A stretch of DNA of 29,969 bases from a virus (lineage: Duplodnaviria > Caudoviricetes). The notes under the pieces are model-generated. The model was not told the origin of the DNA. It saw nothing but the letters and a program-made list of their open reading frames with translations, and ran no database searches. Below, in pieces: positions 13,722 through 22,996 of this stretch. Within the stretch, counting starts at the first letter, position 1; the number at the start of each line of letters is the position of its first letter. The position numbers were made by a program, and so were the translations under genes. The stretch covers positions 1-29,969 of IMG/VR virus record IMGVR_UViG_3300049137_000054, one strand, 5' to 3'.

Positions 13722-16700
13722 TCACAGGGGGATGTAGTTCGGGCGGGCGAGCTCCACGGCGGCGCCTGCCGTGTGGGCCTTGACCACACCGTTGATGGAC
13801 CGGGCGACGGTGAAGACTTGCGGGTTGTTCCAGAGCAGGTTGTCGACCTGGAAAGTGACCGGCAGCGGGTTGGTGACCCCGGAATCCAGCAGCGTGCGGA
13901 CACCGATGGAGCCCGCAGCGGTCAGGGCGCTGTCCGTGGCGGTCACCTGCCAGTTCGGCGGCTCCCCGCGGTCACGTAGCCACACCTTCGCGGCGAGGCT
14001 GTTGCCCTGCACCGAGAGCCGCACGGTGTACCAGGCGCCGGCGGTGTACGTCAGGCCCGTCGCGAACGTGGCCAGCTGGGTTTCGGCGCCGTCGCGTTTG
14101 CGGAGGGACAGTGTCATCGCGCCGCCCGCGGCGATGTGCAGCCGGGCCAGGTAGGCGTGGGTGCTGTCGGTGTACCGGGCCATGAGGAAGGCGTAGGCGG
14201 CGGCGCCGGTGGGGACGACGCCGAGGGACACGTCTGCCCGCAGGTCCACGTTGGCGGCGGGCGCCGCGGCGAGCGCGGTACGGAACAGGCCGGCGGTGCT
14301 GTGGATCTGGCGGCCGGTGCCGCCGGTCACCGCGAAGTCGGACGAGGCCGCCCCGGAAACGGTCCAGGCCTGCCCGCTGTCGGCGGAGCCCCAGCCGTTG
14401 GCGACGGTGCGGCCGAACGCGTCGGCGGCCGCCTGCGCGACGGCGGAGACGGTCATCACCTCCCCACCGACCCTGATGTCGAACGGCATGTCGCCCGGGT
14501 AGGTCGCCGAGTCGATCCAGACCGGGCCCTGGGTGGTGGCCACGGTGAGCGTCGTGTCGTCGGTGTCGATCGCGGCCACCAGCTCTGAGCCCGCGGTGTC
14601 GAGGCGGGATGCCTCGCCGGCGTCGAGCTGCAGCACGTCGTACGGCTGGCCTGGGGTGCAGTTGAAGGTGATCTGCCAGTCCTCGCCGATCGTCTCGGTG
14701 TAGCCGCGGACGAGGAGGTCGACGTCGTCCGGCCCGTACTGCTCCGGCGGCAGATTGGTGAGCCGGATCTTGTCGCCGACGTCCAGGCGCAGGATGCGGT
14801 CGGCCATGGCGTAGACGCGTGGGTTGCCGAGCTTGAGGGTGATCGACGTGAACCGCAGTCCGTCGTAGGTGCCGGTGTGCATGATCCAGGAGGCGAGCTG
14901 GTCGGCCTGCCCGTCCTCGGCGAGCGACAGGGTGTGTTCCCGGTCGTAGCGGCCGACGCCGTCCGGCGGGTCGAGGACGGACATGCGGCCCTCCTCGAGG
15001 ACCGCGGTGCCCTTGCTGCCGCCCTGGCGGGTGACCGTGACGTCGTTCTGGGTGTCCTTGTCGTCGTCCGTCGGCTTGAACGGGGCGGCGATCACCTTGT
15101 CCGCCCAGTCGAGGGTGAGGATCGGGGACTGGCTGTACAGCGTGGACCGGGCCCGGAAGACCAGCGCCCGGTCGTCGCGCTGCTCGAGCACGTATCCCCG
15201 CTCGGACAGGGCGGTGCTCTGCAGCACGTCGAGGAACTTTTCCCGCTGCTGCGTGCCCATGGCCACCTGGCCGTCCGGAGCTCCGGACACCGACAGGGGC
15301 ACCCCCTGCTCGGTGGCGACCCGCAGGGCCCGCGCCCCGGCGCTCTCGCCGGGGAATCCCATGAGTGCGTCGTACGTGTCGGAGGCGGCGGGCAGCGCCG
15401 CGTTATACGGCCACGCGGTGACGTAGCCGACCGACAGATCTTCCTGGCTCGCTCCCCAGGAATACTCGATGCGGCGCAGCGGCCGGACGGCGACACCGGT
15501 GTCGCCGCTGGCCCGCTCGACTCCGTCCAGGGACAGGGACCAGGACGCGGTGGCGCCGGACTGGATCACCTGGAAACGCACATGGTGCGGCAGGCCGTCG
15601 AAGATCCCCGCTGCCGTGATGCTGCCGAGCGAGGTGCCCGAGGAGGCGTCCGTTCCTATCGACTCCCGGAAAATGAGGATCTTGTCCAGCGGGGCCTGGA
15701 AAAGGAGCTGGAAGACGTGCCGATTTTGGGCGTCGGTGCCCGCGCCCCAGTCGCGCGCATACAGGCTGTCGACCTCGCCGGGCCCGGAGCGGACGTGGTC
15801 GACAGCCCAGCCGCCCGCCATGCTGGCCTGGTAGTCGAGGCTGGCCGACAGCCGCCCGACGCCGGGCAGGGAGACGACCGGCTCGATCCAGTCGGCGATC
15901 TCGCCCTCGCCCCAGAGAGGCGGATCGTCGTCGGCCTGACGGGAGTAGGCCATGGGGGCCGCGCCGAACAGGGATGCGCCCTGCGTGGCCTCCGTGCCGT
16001 CGGTGAGCGGCCAGCATTCGACCGCGCTGCTTCCCGCGATGTAGCGGCGCAGCGCGCTGTCCAACGGCTTGTTGCCGATGCCGAGTCGGCGGGTGATCCC
16101 ACTCGGCTCGATGGACACGGTGCGGTCCGCGCCGGACAGGTTCCGCTCCGGCGGCCACGCCGGCACTTCGCCGGCGAGCCTGGTGTGCCGGTTGGACAGG
16201 GATGCGGTCCCGGTCACGGACCACACCCGTCCGGTGGCGTCGGTGAAGTTCGTGTCTCCGGCTGCGGCGTCGCGGGCGGTGTCGACGTTGACCTTCAGGG
16301 TGCCGTTGATGCCGTCGTACACGCGGATCCCGTGCGCCTTGCCCCTCAGACGGTCGATGCCGGATGTGCCGTCCGGCGTGAGGGACAGCTGGTTGTCCCC
16401 GAGGTACAGCGCCCCCGTGGCGTTGAACAGGCTGGTGGTGCCGGACCCGGTCGGGGTGATCGGATCGCCGATCAGGGTCCACGTCTCGGCGTCGAGGGTC
16501 TTGGCGTAGGAGAAGACGACGGTGCAGCCGCCGCTGCCGTTGTTGACGTCCAGCGTCGCCCGGACCGCCAGTCGTTCGCCCGTGTGGGCGGGCACTGCCG
16601 TGCTCGAGATGGCCCACCGCTTGTTGGCGTCCAGCCCGGTCGGCGACCACCAGAAGACCAACTGCCCGTCCTGGTGCAGGGCGAGCGCCCAGTGGAAGTG

Positions 16701-17108
16701 TCCGCCGGGCCCCCAGCGCAGGGCCAGCATCTGCGGGCTGTCCCAGGAGTTGGGGGCCACGTCCACCCGGACGTCGATGTCGCCGAGGACGTCCAGGGCG
16801 GCGGCGTCCGGGGTCGACACCGAGTAGACGCCCGCCGGCAGGTCGAGGTACGGGCCGCCCGCGTCGACCGAGAAACGCAGCGGCGTGTTCCGTCCGATCG
16901 CCCCATACAGCGGGCTGTTCGGGTTCCGCGGCGAGTAGTCGCCGGACCGGTTGTCCAGGAGCATGCTGCCCGCGGTCGGCTCCGCGCGGGAGCCTTCCGC
17001 GGACACGCCTCGGCTGATGGTGACCGCGGACCGCTCCAGCACCGGAGCGGTGTTCCACTGCCCGTCGTAGTACAGCTCGGTGGTGCGGGGCGGTGGCAGA
17101 CGCACCAT
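13722..17108 (-). CDS. Large minor tail (tail tip) protein with LamG/ConA-like domains
   Basis: Follows the tape measure; TISRG...LDNRSGDYSPRNPNSPLYG, WPLTDG, FTVARSINGVVKAH motifs. Confidence 0.85.
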   Translation of the reverse strand: MVRLPPPRTTELYYDGQWNTAPVLERSAVTISRGVSAEGSRAEPTAGSMLLDNRSGDYSPRNPNSPLYGAIGRNTPLRFSVDAGGPYLDLPAGVYSVSTPDAAALDVLGDIDVRVDVAPNSWDSPQMLALRWGPGGHFHWALALHQDGQLVFWWSPTGLDANKRWAISSTAVPAHTGERLAVRATLDVNNGSGGCTVVFSYAKTLDAETWTLIGDPITPTGSGTTSLFNATGALYLGDNQLSLTPDGTSGIDRLRGKAHGIRVYDGINGTLKVNVDTARDAAAGDTNFTDATGRVWSVTGTASLSNRHTRLAGEVPAWPPERNLSGADRTVSIEPSGITRRLGIGNKPLDSALRRYIAGSSAVECWPLTDGTEATQGASLFGAAPMAYSRQADDDPPLWGEGEIADWIEPVVSLPGVGRLSASLDYQASMAGGWAVDHVRSGPGEVDSLYARDWGAGTDAQNRHVFQLLFQAPLDKILIFRESIGTDASSGTSLGSITAAGIFDGLPHHVRFQVIQSGATASWSLSLDGVERASGDTGVAVRPLRRIEYSWGASQEDLSVGYVTAWPYNAALPAASDTYDALMGFPGESAGARALRVATEQGVPLSVSGAPDGQVAMGTQQREKFLDVLQSTALSERGYVLEQRDDRALVFRARSTLYSQSPILTLDWADKVIAAPFKPTDDDKDTQNDVTVTRQGGSKGTAVLEEGRMSVLDPPDGVGRYDREHTLSLAEDGQADQLASWIMHTGTYDGLRFTSITLKLGNPRVYAMADRILRLDVGDKIRLTNLPPEQYGPDDVDLLVRGYTETIGEDWQITFNCTPGQPYDVLQLDAGEASRLDTAGSELVAAIDTDDTTLTVATTQGPVWIDSATYPGDMPFDIRVGGEVMTVSAVAQAAADAFGRTVANGWGSADSGQAWTVSGAASSDFAVTGGTGRQIHSTAGLFRTALAAAPAANVDLRADVSLGVVPTGAAAYAFLMARYTDSTHAYLARLHIAAGGAMTLSLRKRDGAETQLATFATGLTYTAGAWYTVRLSVQGNSLAAKVWLRDRGEPPNWQVTATDSALTAAGSIGVRTLLDSGVTNPLPVTFQVDNLLWNNPQVFTVARSINGVVKAHTAGAAVELARPNYIPL

Positions 17109-17111
17109 AGG

Positions 17112-19217
17112 TCACTCCTCCTCGATGAGTTGCACGACGGAGCCCCCGGCGCGGTTGCGGGTGGCAACGCGCAGCTGCTCGACGATGAAGTCGCCGGCCG
17201 CGCTGCCGTCGGAGCGGATGACGAGCGTGGCGGGCTCGCGGCCGACCTGGCCGACGTTCCCGGCGACGGATCGGAGCATCCCGTCGAGCTTGGACAGCGG
17301 CAGGACGGCTTCCTGCTCGGCCCCTTCGCCGATCATCGCCAGGGTGGGGCCGGTGGTGATGCCGCCCTCGGCGAGGTACGGGATGTCTGGGGTGTGCAGG
17401 GTCAGCTCGGGGATGTCCATGCCCATGAACGACCCGCCGCCGATGGTGAAGGACAAGTTGTTCCACAGCCAGATCAGGCTGTTGATGGTGTCCTTGAACG
17501 AGTTTTTGATGCCGTCCCACATGCCGGATGCGGCGCGGCTGATCCGGCCGGGCAGGCCGGCCACCCAGTCGACAACGTCGCCGAACCATCCGGCGACCTT
17601 TCCTGGCAGGTCACTCAGCCAGTCGAAGGTGTCCATCACCTTGTCGATGCCCCAGGTCACCTTGTCGGCGATCCAGGTGATGGTGTCGTTGACGATCCCG
17701 GAGATCCAGTCCCAGACCGTGGCGACACCGAGCATGATCAGGTCCCAGGCGGCGCTGAGCTTGGCCGTGATCCAGTCCCACACCTCGCCCGTGGCGGCGG
17801 CGATCTCGTCCCAGTACACGATGATCAGCACGATCACGGCGATCAGGGCGATGATCCCCGCGATGATCCACGTCCCAGGGAACGCCCACAGTGCGGTGTT
17901 CCACGCCCATTGGGCGATGACTGCGATGCCGATCGCGACCGCGAGGCCCAGGAGCACCGGCACGAGGATCTTCAGCAGCACCGGGTGCTCGGCCAGGAAT
18001 TCGGAGATCGTCTTGAGCGCCGGGGCGAGGAACTCGCCGAGCGTGGTGGAGATGGAGCGCCAGATGGCATCCATGGACTGTGAGGCGGCCGCCTGGTTGG
18101 TGACCTCCTCCGCCACCCCGCCGAACTCGCCGAGGGTCCTGGTGGCCTCGGACGGGTCGATGGCGAGGAGGGTCTTCTGCATCGCGGCGCCCTCTTCGCC
18201 GAACAGGGCGGCGACGACCGCGTCCTGCTTGATCGGGTCCTCGAGCTTGCGGATCCCGTCCAGGAGCTTGTCCAGGGCCTCGTTCGCGGCGGGTCCGCCG
18301 GACGTGAGGTCCTTGGCCATCTGCTGGCCGTCCAGGCCGATCATCTTCATGGTCTCGGCCAGGTCGTCGCCGCCTGCGGACACGTTGCCCACGAGCTCCT
18401 CGAACAGGCCGGTCACCTGTTCGGCGCTCTCGGCGCCCGCGTCGAGGCCTTGGATGATCAGGCCGGTGGCCTGCTCGCCGGAGAACCCGAAGCTGGAGAG
18501 GTTGTCCGCGCCGCCGACGATCGTGTCGAGGAAGTCGCCGCCGAGGTCCGCGCCCCGCTTCAGGCCGGCCGCGATGATGTCGAGCGCCTCGGTGGCGTTG
18601 TCGGCCATGCCGGTCTTCATCAGCTGGCCCACCGCGCGGCTGGTTTGCCCGAGGTCCTGGTCGAATCGGTCAGACAGGGCGAGGACGGCGGCCGACATGT
18701 CCGTCAGCTCGTCCTGGGTCAGTTTCCCGAATCCGCCCATGTTGGAGGCGACGCCGTTGATGGCGGCGTTGACGTCATCGATTGACTGCCCGAAGCCTTG
18801 CGCGAACAGGTCGCCGGCGACGTCCCCGGCCCGCTGGGCCTCCTCCTTGGTCAGCCCCAGCTGGGTGGCGAGCTTGTCGTTCGCGTGCTTGGCGTCCATC
18901 GCGCTGGTGAGACCGGCCATGAACAGCGCGCCCACGGCGGCGCCGGCCGCGGCCGCGCCGATCCCGCCGAGGGACTGCTCCACCCCTTGGGCGGCCTGCT
19001 CGGCGTCGGCCGCCGCCTGGTCCGCCGACTCGCCCACCGCGTCCATCGCGTCGGACGCCTGGTCGGCGACCTGGGCAATGTCGCGGCCCATGGCCTCGGC
19101 GGCGTCCCCGACACCGTCCAGGGACCGCTCGACGTCGTCGGCGACCCCGTCCACACCGGAGGCCAGGTCCTCGGCGTCGATGCCGATCTCTACGAGCAGC
19201 TCATCCAGCGTCGTCAT
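17112..19217 (-). CDS. Tape measure protein
   Basis: 701 aa, Ala/Gly-rich, hydrophobic segment, periodic Trp repeats, PYLAEGG...GPTLAMIGEG; follows the tail chaperones. Confidence 0.92.
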   Translation of the reverse strand: MTTLDELLVEIGIDAEDLASGVDGVADDVERSLDGVGDAAEAMGRDIAQVADQASDAMDAVGESADQAAADAEQAAQGVEQSLGGIGAAAAGAAVGALFMAGLTSAMDAKHANDKLATQLGLTKEEAQRAGDVAGDLFAQGFGQSIDDVNAAINGVASNMGGFGKLTQDELTDMSAAVLALSDRFDQDLGQTSRAVGQLMKTGMADNATEALDIIAAGLKRGADLGGDFLDTIVGGADNLSSFGFSGEQATGLIIQGLDAGAESAEQVTGLFEELVGNVSAGGDDLAETMKMIGLDGQQMAKDLTSGGPAANEALDKLLDGIRKLEDPIKQDAVVAALFGEEGAAMQKTLLAIDPSEATRTLGEFGGVAEEVTNQAAASQSMDAIWRSISTTLGEFLAPALKTISEFLAEHPVLLKILVPVLLGLAVAIGIAVIAQWAWNTALWAFPGTWIIAGIIALIAVIVLIIVYWDEIAAATGEVWDWITAKLSAAWDLIMLGVATVWDWISGIVNDTITWIADKVTWGIDKVMDTFDWLSDLPGKVAGWFGDVVDWVAGLPGRISRAASGMWDGIKNSFKDTINSLIWLWNNLSFTIGGGSFMGMDIPELTLHTPDIPYLAEGGITTGPTLAMIGEGAEQEAVLPLSKLDGMLRSVAGNVGQVGREPATLVIRSDGSAAGDFIVEQLRVATRNRAGGSVVQLIEEE

Positions 19218-19575
19218 CGTCGCCGCCCCCTTGTCTGGTGGTGTCGGTTCCGCCGAGGCGGCTGGTCAGCGCCTTCGCGGTGGCGAGCATCTGCTCCCAG
19301 TCCGGTTCTGCGTTGCGGTCCCATTCGGGGATGTAGTCCGTGGGCTTCGCCTTGCGGCCCTTGGCGATCGCGGTGTTGGCGATGACCGCGGTCTGGATGC
19401 CGTGCAGCAGGTCATGCCGGGCCGGGCCGAGCGGACCGGTGACCTGCTCGTAGGCCATCCACTCGGTGATCTCGTCCGAGTCCATGTCGGCGAGCATGTG
19501 CCGCACCGAGCGGGCCCCGAGGTGAGCCGCTAGCCGGAAGTAGAACTGTCGCTCGGGGTCGCTTCGGATTTTCCC
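19201..19575 (-). CDS. Tail assembly chaperone, -1 frameshift extension (gpT-like)
   Basis: The -1 frame is open from the slippery site: KIRSDPERQFYFRLAAHLG...SDEITEWMAYEQVTGPLG. Confidence 0.85.
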   Translation of the reverse strand, partial: GKIRSDPERQFYFRLAAHLGARSVRHMLADMDSDEITEWMAYEQVTGPLGPARHDLLHGIQTAVIANTAIAKGRKAKPTDYIPEWDRNAEPDWEQMLATAKALTSRLGGTDTTRQGGGDDDDAG

Positions 19576-19931
19576 GCCGCGTCCTTGACCGCGTTCTCGC
19601 CGAGGCCGGAGAGGCGTTTGGCGACCGTGGCCAGGCGCTCGAGGACGGCTCCGTTCTTCGCGCCGAGCTTCTTGATGTCGGCGTCGGTGTAGAGGCGCTT
19701 GAAGTCCTCGCCGACGATGCACTTGGCGAGCAGCTTCGCCAACTGGTCCTCGAGCTGGACCTCCTTCGGCTTGCCGTTATCGCCGATGACGACCATCTGC
19801 TTCTGGAAGAGGTTGCGGGCGGTGCCGGACATGCCGAGGATCCGCACCTCCCCGCCCCACTCTTCGACGGGGACGTCTTCCCACTTACGGTCGTCCGCCG
19901 CATCGATCTGCGCCCTGCCGAGAACTGCCAT
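19530..19931 (-). CDS. Tail assembly chaperone (gpG-like)
   Basis: EDVPVEEWGGEVRI...KRLSGL; ATG after AAAGGA; between tail tube and tape measure. Confidence 0.88.
   Translation of the reverse strand: MAVLGRAQIDAADDRKWEDVPVEEWGGEVRILGMSGTARNLFQKQMVVIGDNGKPKEVQLEDQLAKLLAKCIVGEDFKRLYTDADIKKLGAKNGAVLERLATVAKRLSGLGENAVKDAAGKSEATPSDSSTSG
19569..19575 (-). other. Programmed -1 frameshift heptamer G GGA AAA
   Basis: X XXY YYZ in the correct phase (Gly-Lys) near the end of the gpG-like gene. Confidence 0.85.
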
Positions 19932-19945
19932 GCGTGTGATTCCTT

Positions 19946-20359
19946 TCAGGAGATGGTGGGCTTGCCGGACACCTTGAAGGTGAGCGACGCGGCGAGCTTG
20001 TCGTCGGTGGGCGCGGACGGCTCGAAGCCGGTCATGATCGCGGAGATGCCCCACGTCGTCGCGGCGGTGTCCGGGAAAACCACCTGGTAGTTGCGCGGGT
20101 CGACGTCCTCGAGGTCGGCGATCAGCGTGTCGTGTACGGCCGGGTTGTAGTTGATGTCGATGGACACCTCGCCCGGGTCGACCAGGCCGCCGATGAACTC
20201 CATGTGGTTGTCCGGGGAGTCGTGCGCGGTGACGTCGATGGTGTTCCGGGACAGGCCCGGACCGGTCAGGTTGGTGATGTTGGCGATCGCGGTGAACACC
20301 TCGGGACCGGCGCCGTCGCCGCGCTTGAGCTGTACGCCCTTCGCGTCGATTCCAGCCAT
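19946..20359 (-). CDS. Major tail (tube) protein
   Basis: GPGLSRNTIDVTAHDS...EFIGGLVDPGEVS...FKVSGKPT; ATG after AAGGAGG. Confidence 0.9.
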   Translation of the reverse strand: MAGIDAKGVQLKRGDGAGPEVFTAIANITNLTGPGLSRNTIDVTAHDSPDNHMEFIGGLVDPGEVSIDINYNPAVHDTLIADLEDVDPRNYQVVFPDTAATTWGISAIMTGFEPSAPTDDKLAASLTFKVSGKPTIS

Positions 20360-20418
20360 GGCAGTGCCTCCTTGGGCATGAAGAAGGCCCCGGCCGTCGG
20401 CGCGGGGCGAAAAGAGAG

Positions 20419-20841
20419 TCAGGCAGGTTGTTCGGTGACGACCCGGTATCTGAGGACCAGGTGCCGGATGTCGCCTGGCGGTTCCGGATCGGTCAGCGTC
20501 TGGGAGAACTCGAACCGGGTGGCGACGTGGTCGTATCCGGGGATGGTGAGCGGCTGGTGGTCCAGCAGCGCGGTGGCCCGGGCGCCGATCTGCAGGGCCT
20601 GCTCGTAGCCCTCGGACTCGGTCCACACGTGCAGGGTCACGACGGTCTGCCAGCCGTACCGGTCATGGGAGTTGTCGGGGACCTCGGTCGCCTCACCGAT
20701 CACGATGAACGGGTACGGGACGTCCTCGGGCGTGAAGTCGTGCACGCTGCTGACCAGACCCTGCAGCGTGGCGTCTCCGGCCAGCGTGGCGTACAGGACC
20801 GTCTGGATCGGCAGCATCGGAGAGGCCGGCGGCGTGCTCAC
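20419..20841 (-). CDS. Tail terminator (DUF3168-like)
   Basis: IQTVLYATL...PYPFIVIGE...TLHVW; immediately upstream of the tail tube gene. Confidence 0.85.
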   Translation of the reverse strand: MSTPPASPMLPIQTVLYATLAGDATLQGLVSSVHDFTPEDVPYPFIVIGEATEVPDNSHDRYGWQTVVTLHVWTESEGYEQALQIGARATALLDHQPLTIPGYDHVATRFEFSQTLTDPEPPGDIRHLVLRYRVVTEQPA

Positions 20842-21242
20842 TGCAGAATCCTTTGGATCTCGATGCGCAGGCGGGCGTTGAACCGGGCCCGCTCCTGCTC
20901 GAGCGCGGGCCCGAGCGCGGGCTGCGCCGGGATCCGGCGGGTGCCGAGCTCGTGCAGTGTGGAGTACCACTCGCTGCGGTTCTTCCAGCCGACCTTCGCG
21001 GACAGGCCCCCGCGGGCGTAGTGGATGTCGACCTTGTCGCGCAGGTTGCCGGTCCTCACGCGCACCCCGGCCTTGGTGTCGTCGCGGACGACCTCTGCGG
21101 AGGCCTGCACGGCGGCCCGGGACGCTTGGATCAGCTTCGGTGCCAGCTCGGTCAGCCGCTCCCGCAGGGAGTCGATGCCCTCGATGTTGACGTGGACCGG
21201 GCTGCGGGAGCGCCTGCCGCCACGGCGGCTGCGTCGGGCCAT
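20838..21242 (-). CDS. HK97 gp10-like tail completion protein
   Basis: IEGIDSL...VRTGNLR...HELGTRRIPAQPALGPA. Confidence 0.85.
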   Translation of the reverse strand: MARRSRRGGRRSRSPVHVNIEGIDSLRERLTELAPKLIQASRAAVQASAEVVRDDTKAGVRVRTGNLRDKVDIHYARGGLSAKVGWKNRSEWYSTLHELGTRRIPAQPALGPALEQERARFNARLRIEIQRILQ

Positions 21243-21256
21243 GAGCGCACCTCCGT

Positions 21257-21445
21257 TCAGCGTCGCCTGCGCAGCTCGCGCCGGATCTCGGCGAGCTCGC
21301 CCGCGATCGCGAGCAGCGCCCACGCGGTGGCGAAGGCGGCGTTCTCGGGGACGGGCTTCTGGTGGAAGAGGTTCTGCTCGGCGTTCTGCCGGCACGCGAG
21401 CGGTTCCTGCGGCAGCGGCAGGTCCGGCTCCTCGGGGGCGCTCAT
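21257..21445 (-). CDS. Hypothetical protein (62 aa)
   Basis: ATGA overlap with the upstream gene; fills the gap in the late operon. Confidence 0.65.
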   Translation of the reverse strand: MSAPEEPDLPLPQEPLACRQNAEQNLFHQKPVPENAAFATAWALLAIAGELAEIRRELRRRR

Positions 21446-21777
21446 CGCTCGAGCTCGAAGGCGGCCACAGACAGGGCGGTGACCGCGTCGTAGGTGATCG
21501 ACGCGCGGCCGTTGGTGCCGCGGAACACGGGGGCGAGCGGCAGGATCGCGGACTCGCCGGCCGGGACGAGGACCGCGACGTCCGGGATCGCCAGGCCTGA
21601 CACGGTGCCCGGGGTGGACACCGTCGCGGTGTGCGAGGAGGCGTCGCCGTTCATGACGTACAGGAAGCGCCCCGGCCCTACCGGGGCGGTGTCGCCTCCG
21701 GAGGACGCGGCGACCGCGCTGTCTTCCAAGCCGATGCCGCCGTTGACGGGCACCGTCACTAGCTCAAGAGCGGCCAT
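21442..21777 (-). CDS. Probable virion structural beta-sandwich protein
   Basis: 111 aa, beta-rich, in the head-tail gene block, good RBS. Confidence 0.7.
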   Translation of the reverse strand: MAALELVTVPVNGGIGLEDSAVAASSGGDTAPVGPGRFLYVMNGDASSHTATVSTPGTVSGLAIPDVAVLVPAGESAILPLAPVFRGTNGRASITYDAVTALSVAAFELER

Positions 21778-21778
21778 G

Positions 21779-22108
21779 TCAGGCGCCCTCCCTTTCGATC
21801 AGTTGGCACTCGGCCTTGCTGTAGATCGGTGTCGACGGCTGCACCACGGACAGCACCTGGAACGTCTGGCCGTCGCCGCGCAGCTGGTCGCCGCGGCGCA
21901 CGTCGGCGGTCGGCTGCAGGTAGACGCTGTGCGTGTGCTCCGTGCCGCCCTGCATCGCCAGGAGCCGTTCGGAGGCGGAGGGTTGGTCGACCTTCGCGGC
22001 GACGTCGGCCTGGCGCACGGGCGTGGTGCGGTAGCCGCCGGATCCGTTGGGTTCCCGGGCGATCCGCCATACCTCGAGCGTCCGGTTCAGCAGGTGCGTG
22101 ATGTCCAC
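21779..22108 (-). CDS. Head-to-tail stopper (SPP1 gp16-like)
   Basis: LLNRTLEVWR...NGSGGY...ADVRRGDQL...FQVLSV. Confidence 0.85.
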   Translation of the reverse strand: MDITHLLNRTLEVWRIAREPNGSGGYRTTPVRQADVAAKVDQPSASERLLAMQGGTEHTHSVYLQPTADVRRGDQLRGDGQTFQVLSVVQPSTPIYSKAECQLIEREGA

Positions 22109-22111
22109 GGC

Positions 22112-22657
22112 TCACCTGCTCTCGTTGCCGCGGGCGTACCGGGCGAGCAGGCGCTCCTCGTAGTCGGTGAGCGCCTCGCCTGTGCGGTCCTTGTCGTAGG
22201 TGACCGACCGGTCGCCGAGCGACTCGGCCGCCGTCGCGGTGCTGGCGTGAACGTAGGCCCGGCCGGCGACCTGCAGACAGACCTGCTTCACGATCTGCGG
22301 GACGGTCGCATAGCCGTGGTCGTAGACCACTTCTATGTCGGCGTCCAGCGGCCACACTCCGCCGCACCGGGTCAGGATCCCGTACCGGTTCACGCGCCAG
22401 TCGGCGGCGTCCAGGAGGACGCCGTCGACCGTGACGGACGCGGTGGCGGTGACGGGCATCTCCGGCAGGTTGATGACCCGCCTTCCGTTGCCGACCAGGC
22501 CCAGCACGTCGGCCGCCACCTGGTCGATGTGCTGCTCCAGGGCGCCGCGGACGACGACCTCAGCCTCTGCGATCTTGCTGGCGGCTGAGTCGGCGTCGAT
22601 GGCGGTGAGCCGGAGGTGGTTCCGCAGCTCCTCCGGTGTGGCCCAGGGTGATGCCAC
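22112..22657 (-). CDS. Head-to-tail adaptor
   Basis: WATPEELR...LPEMPVTA...VVYDHGYATVP...ESLGDRSVTY. Confidence 0.85.
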   Translation of the reverse strand: MASPWATPEELRNHLRLTAIDADSAASKIAEAEVVVRGALEQHIDQVAADVLGLVGNGRRVINLPEMPVTATASVTVDGVLLDAADWRVNRYGILTRCGGVWPLDADIEVVYDHGYATVPQIVKQVCLQVAGRAYVHASTATAAESLGDRSVTYDKDRTGEALTDYEERLLARYARGNESR

Positions 22658-22672
22658 GGTCCCACCTCCCGG

Positions 22673-22996
22673 TCAGTCGCTCGAGGCGTCGTCGTCGCCG
22701 CTGTCGGTCGTCGGCGCGTCGTCGTCGTGGCCGTCGGCGGTCTGCTCCGTCTCCGAAGAGGTGGCGCCGGCCGCCTTCTTGGCGGTGTTCCTGGGCGGGG
22801 TGTTGGTGGCCTGCCGCCGACCTGTGGGCTTGCCTGTGCCGGTCTCCCGCTTGGTGGCGGTGTACGGCTCGGCGTGTCCGGCGGCGATCCACGCGGTGGC
22901 CAGGGTCTCGTCCACCTCGGCCACCTGGCCGTCGTTGTAGCGGTGGCCGGCGCCGTCGGCGACCGATGTCACTGAGGTGATCCTGATCTTCTTCAT
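22673..22996 (-). CDS. Hypothetical protein following the capsid gene
   Basis: TGATG overlap; GQVAEVDETLATAWIAAGHAE motif plus a disordered tail. Confidence 0.75.
   Translation of the reverse strand: MKKIRITSVTSVADGAGHRYNDGQVAEVDETLATAWIAAGHAEPYTATKRETGTGKPTGRRQATNTPPRNTAKKAAGATSSETEQTADGHDDDAPTTDSGDDDASSD

Noticed and set aside
12400-13725. 441-aa endolysin as listed in the ORF track (similar 5' over-extensions at 19946..20626, 22673..23527, 6707..7336)
   Set aside because: The extensions overlap real upstream genes or promoters; downstream RBS-supported starts were used instead.
15403-17589. 728-aa Arg-rich minus-strand ORF
   Set aside because: Alternate frame of the tail genes; R/G/P-rich composition expected from frame-shifted GC-rich codons.
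14877-19533. Very long plus-strand ORFs (14877..18083, 17080..19533)
   Set aside because: Antisense shadows of the tail and tape measure genes. High-GC codon bias removes stops; no motifs or RBS.
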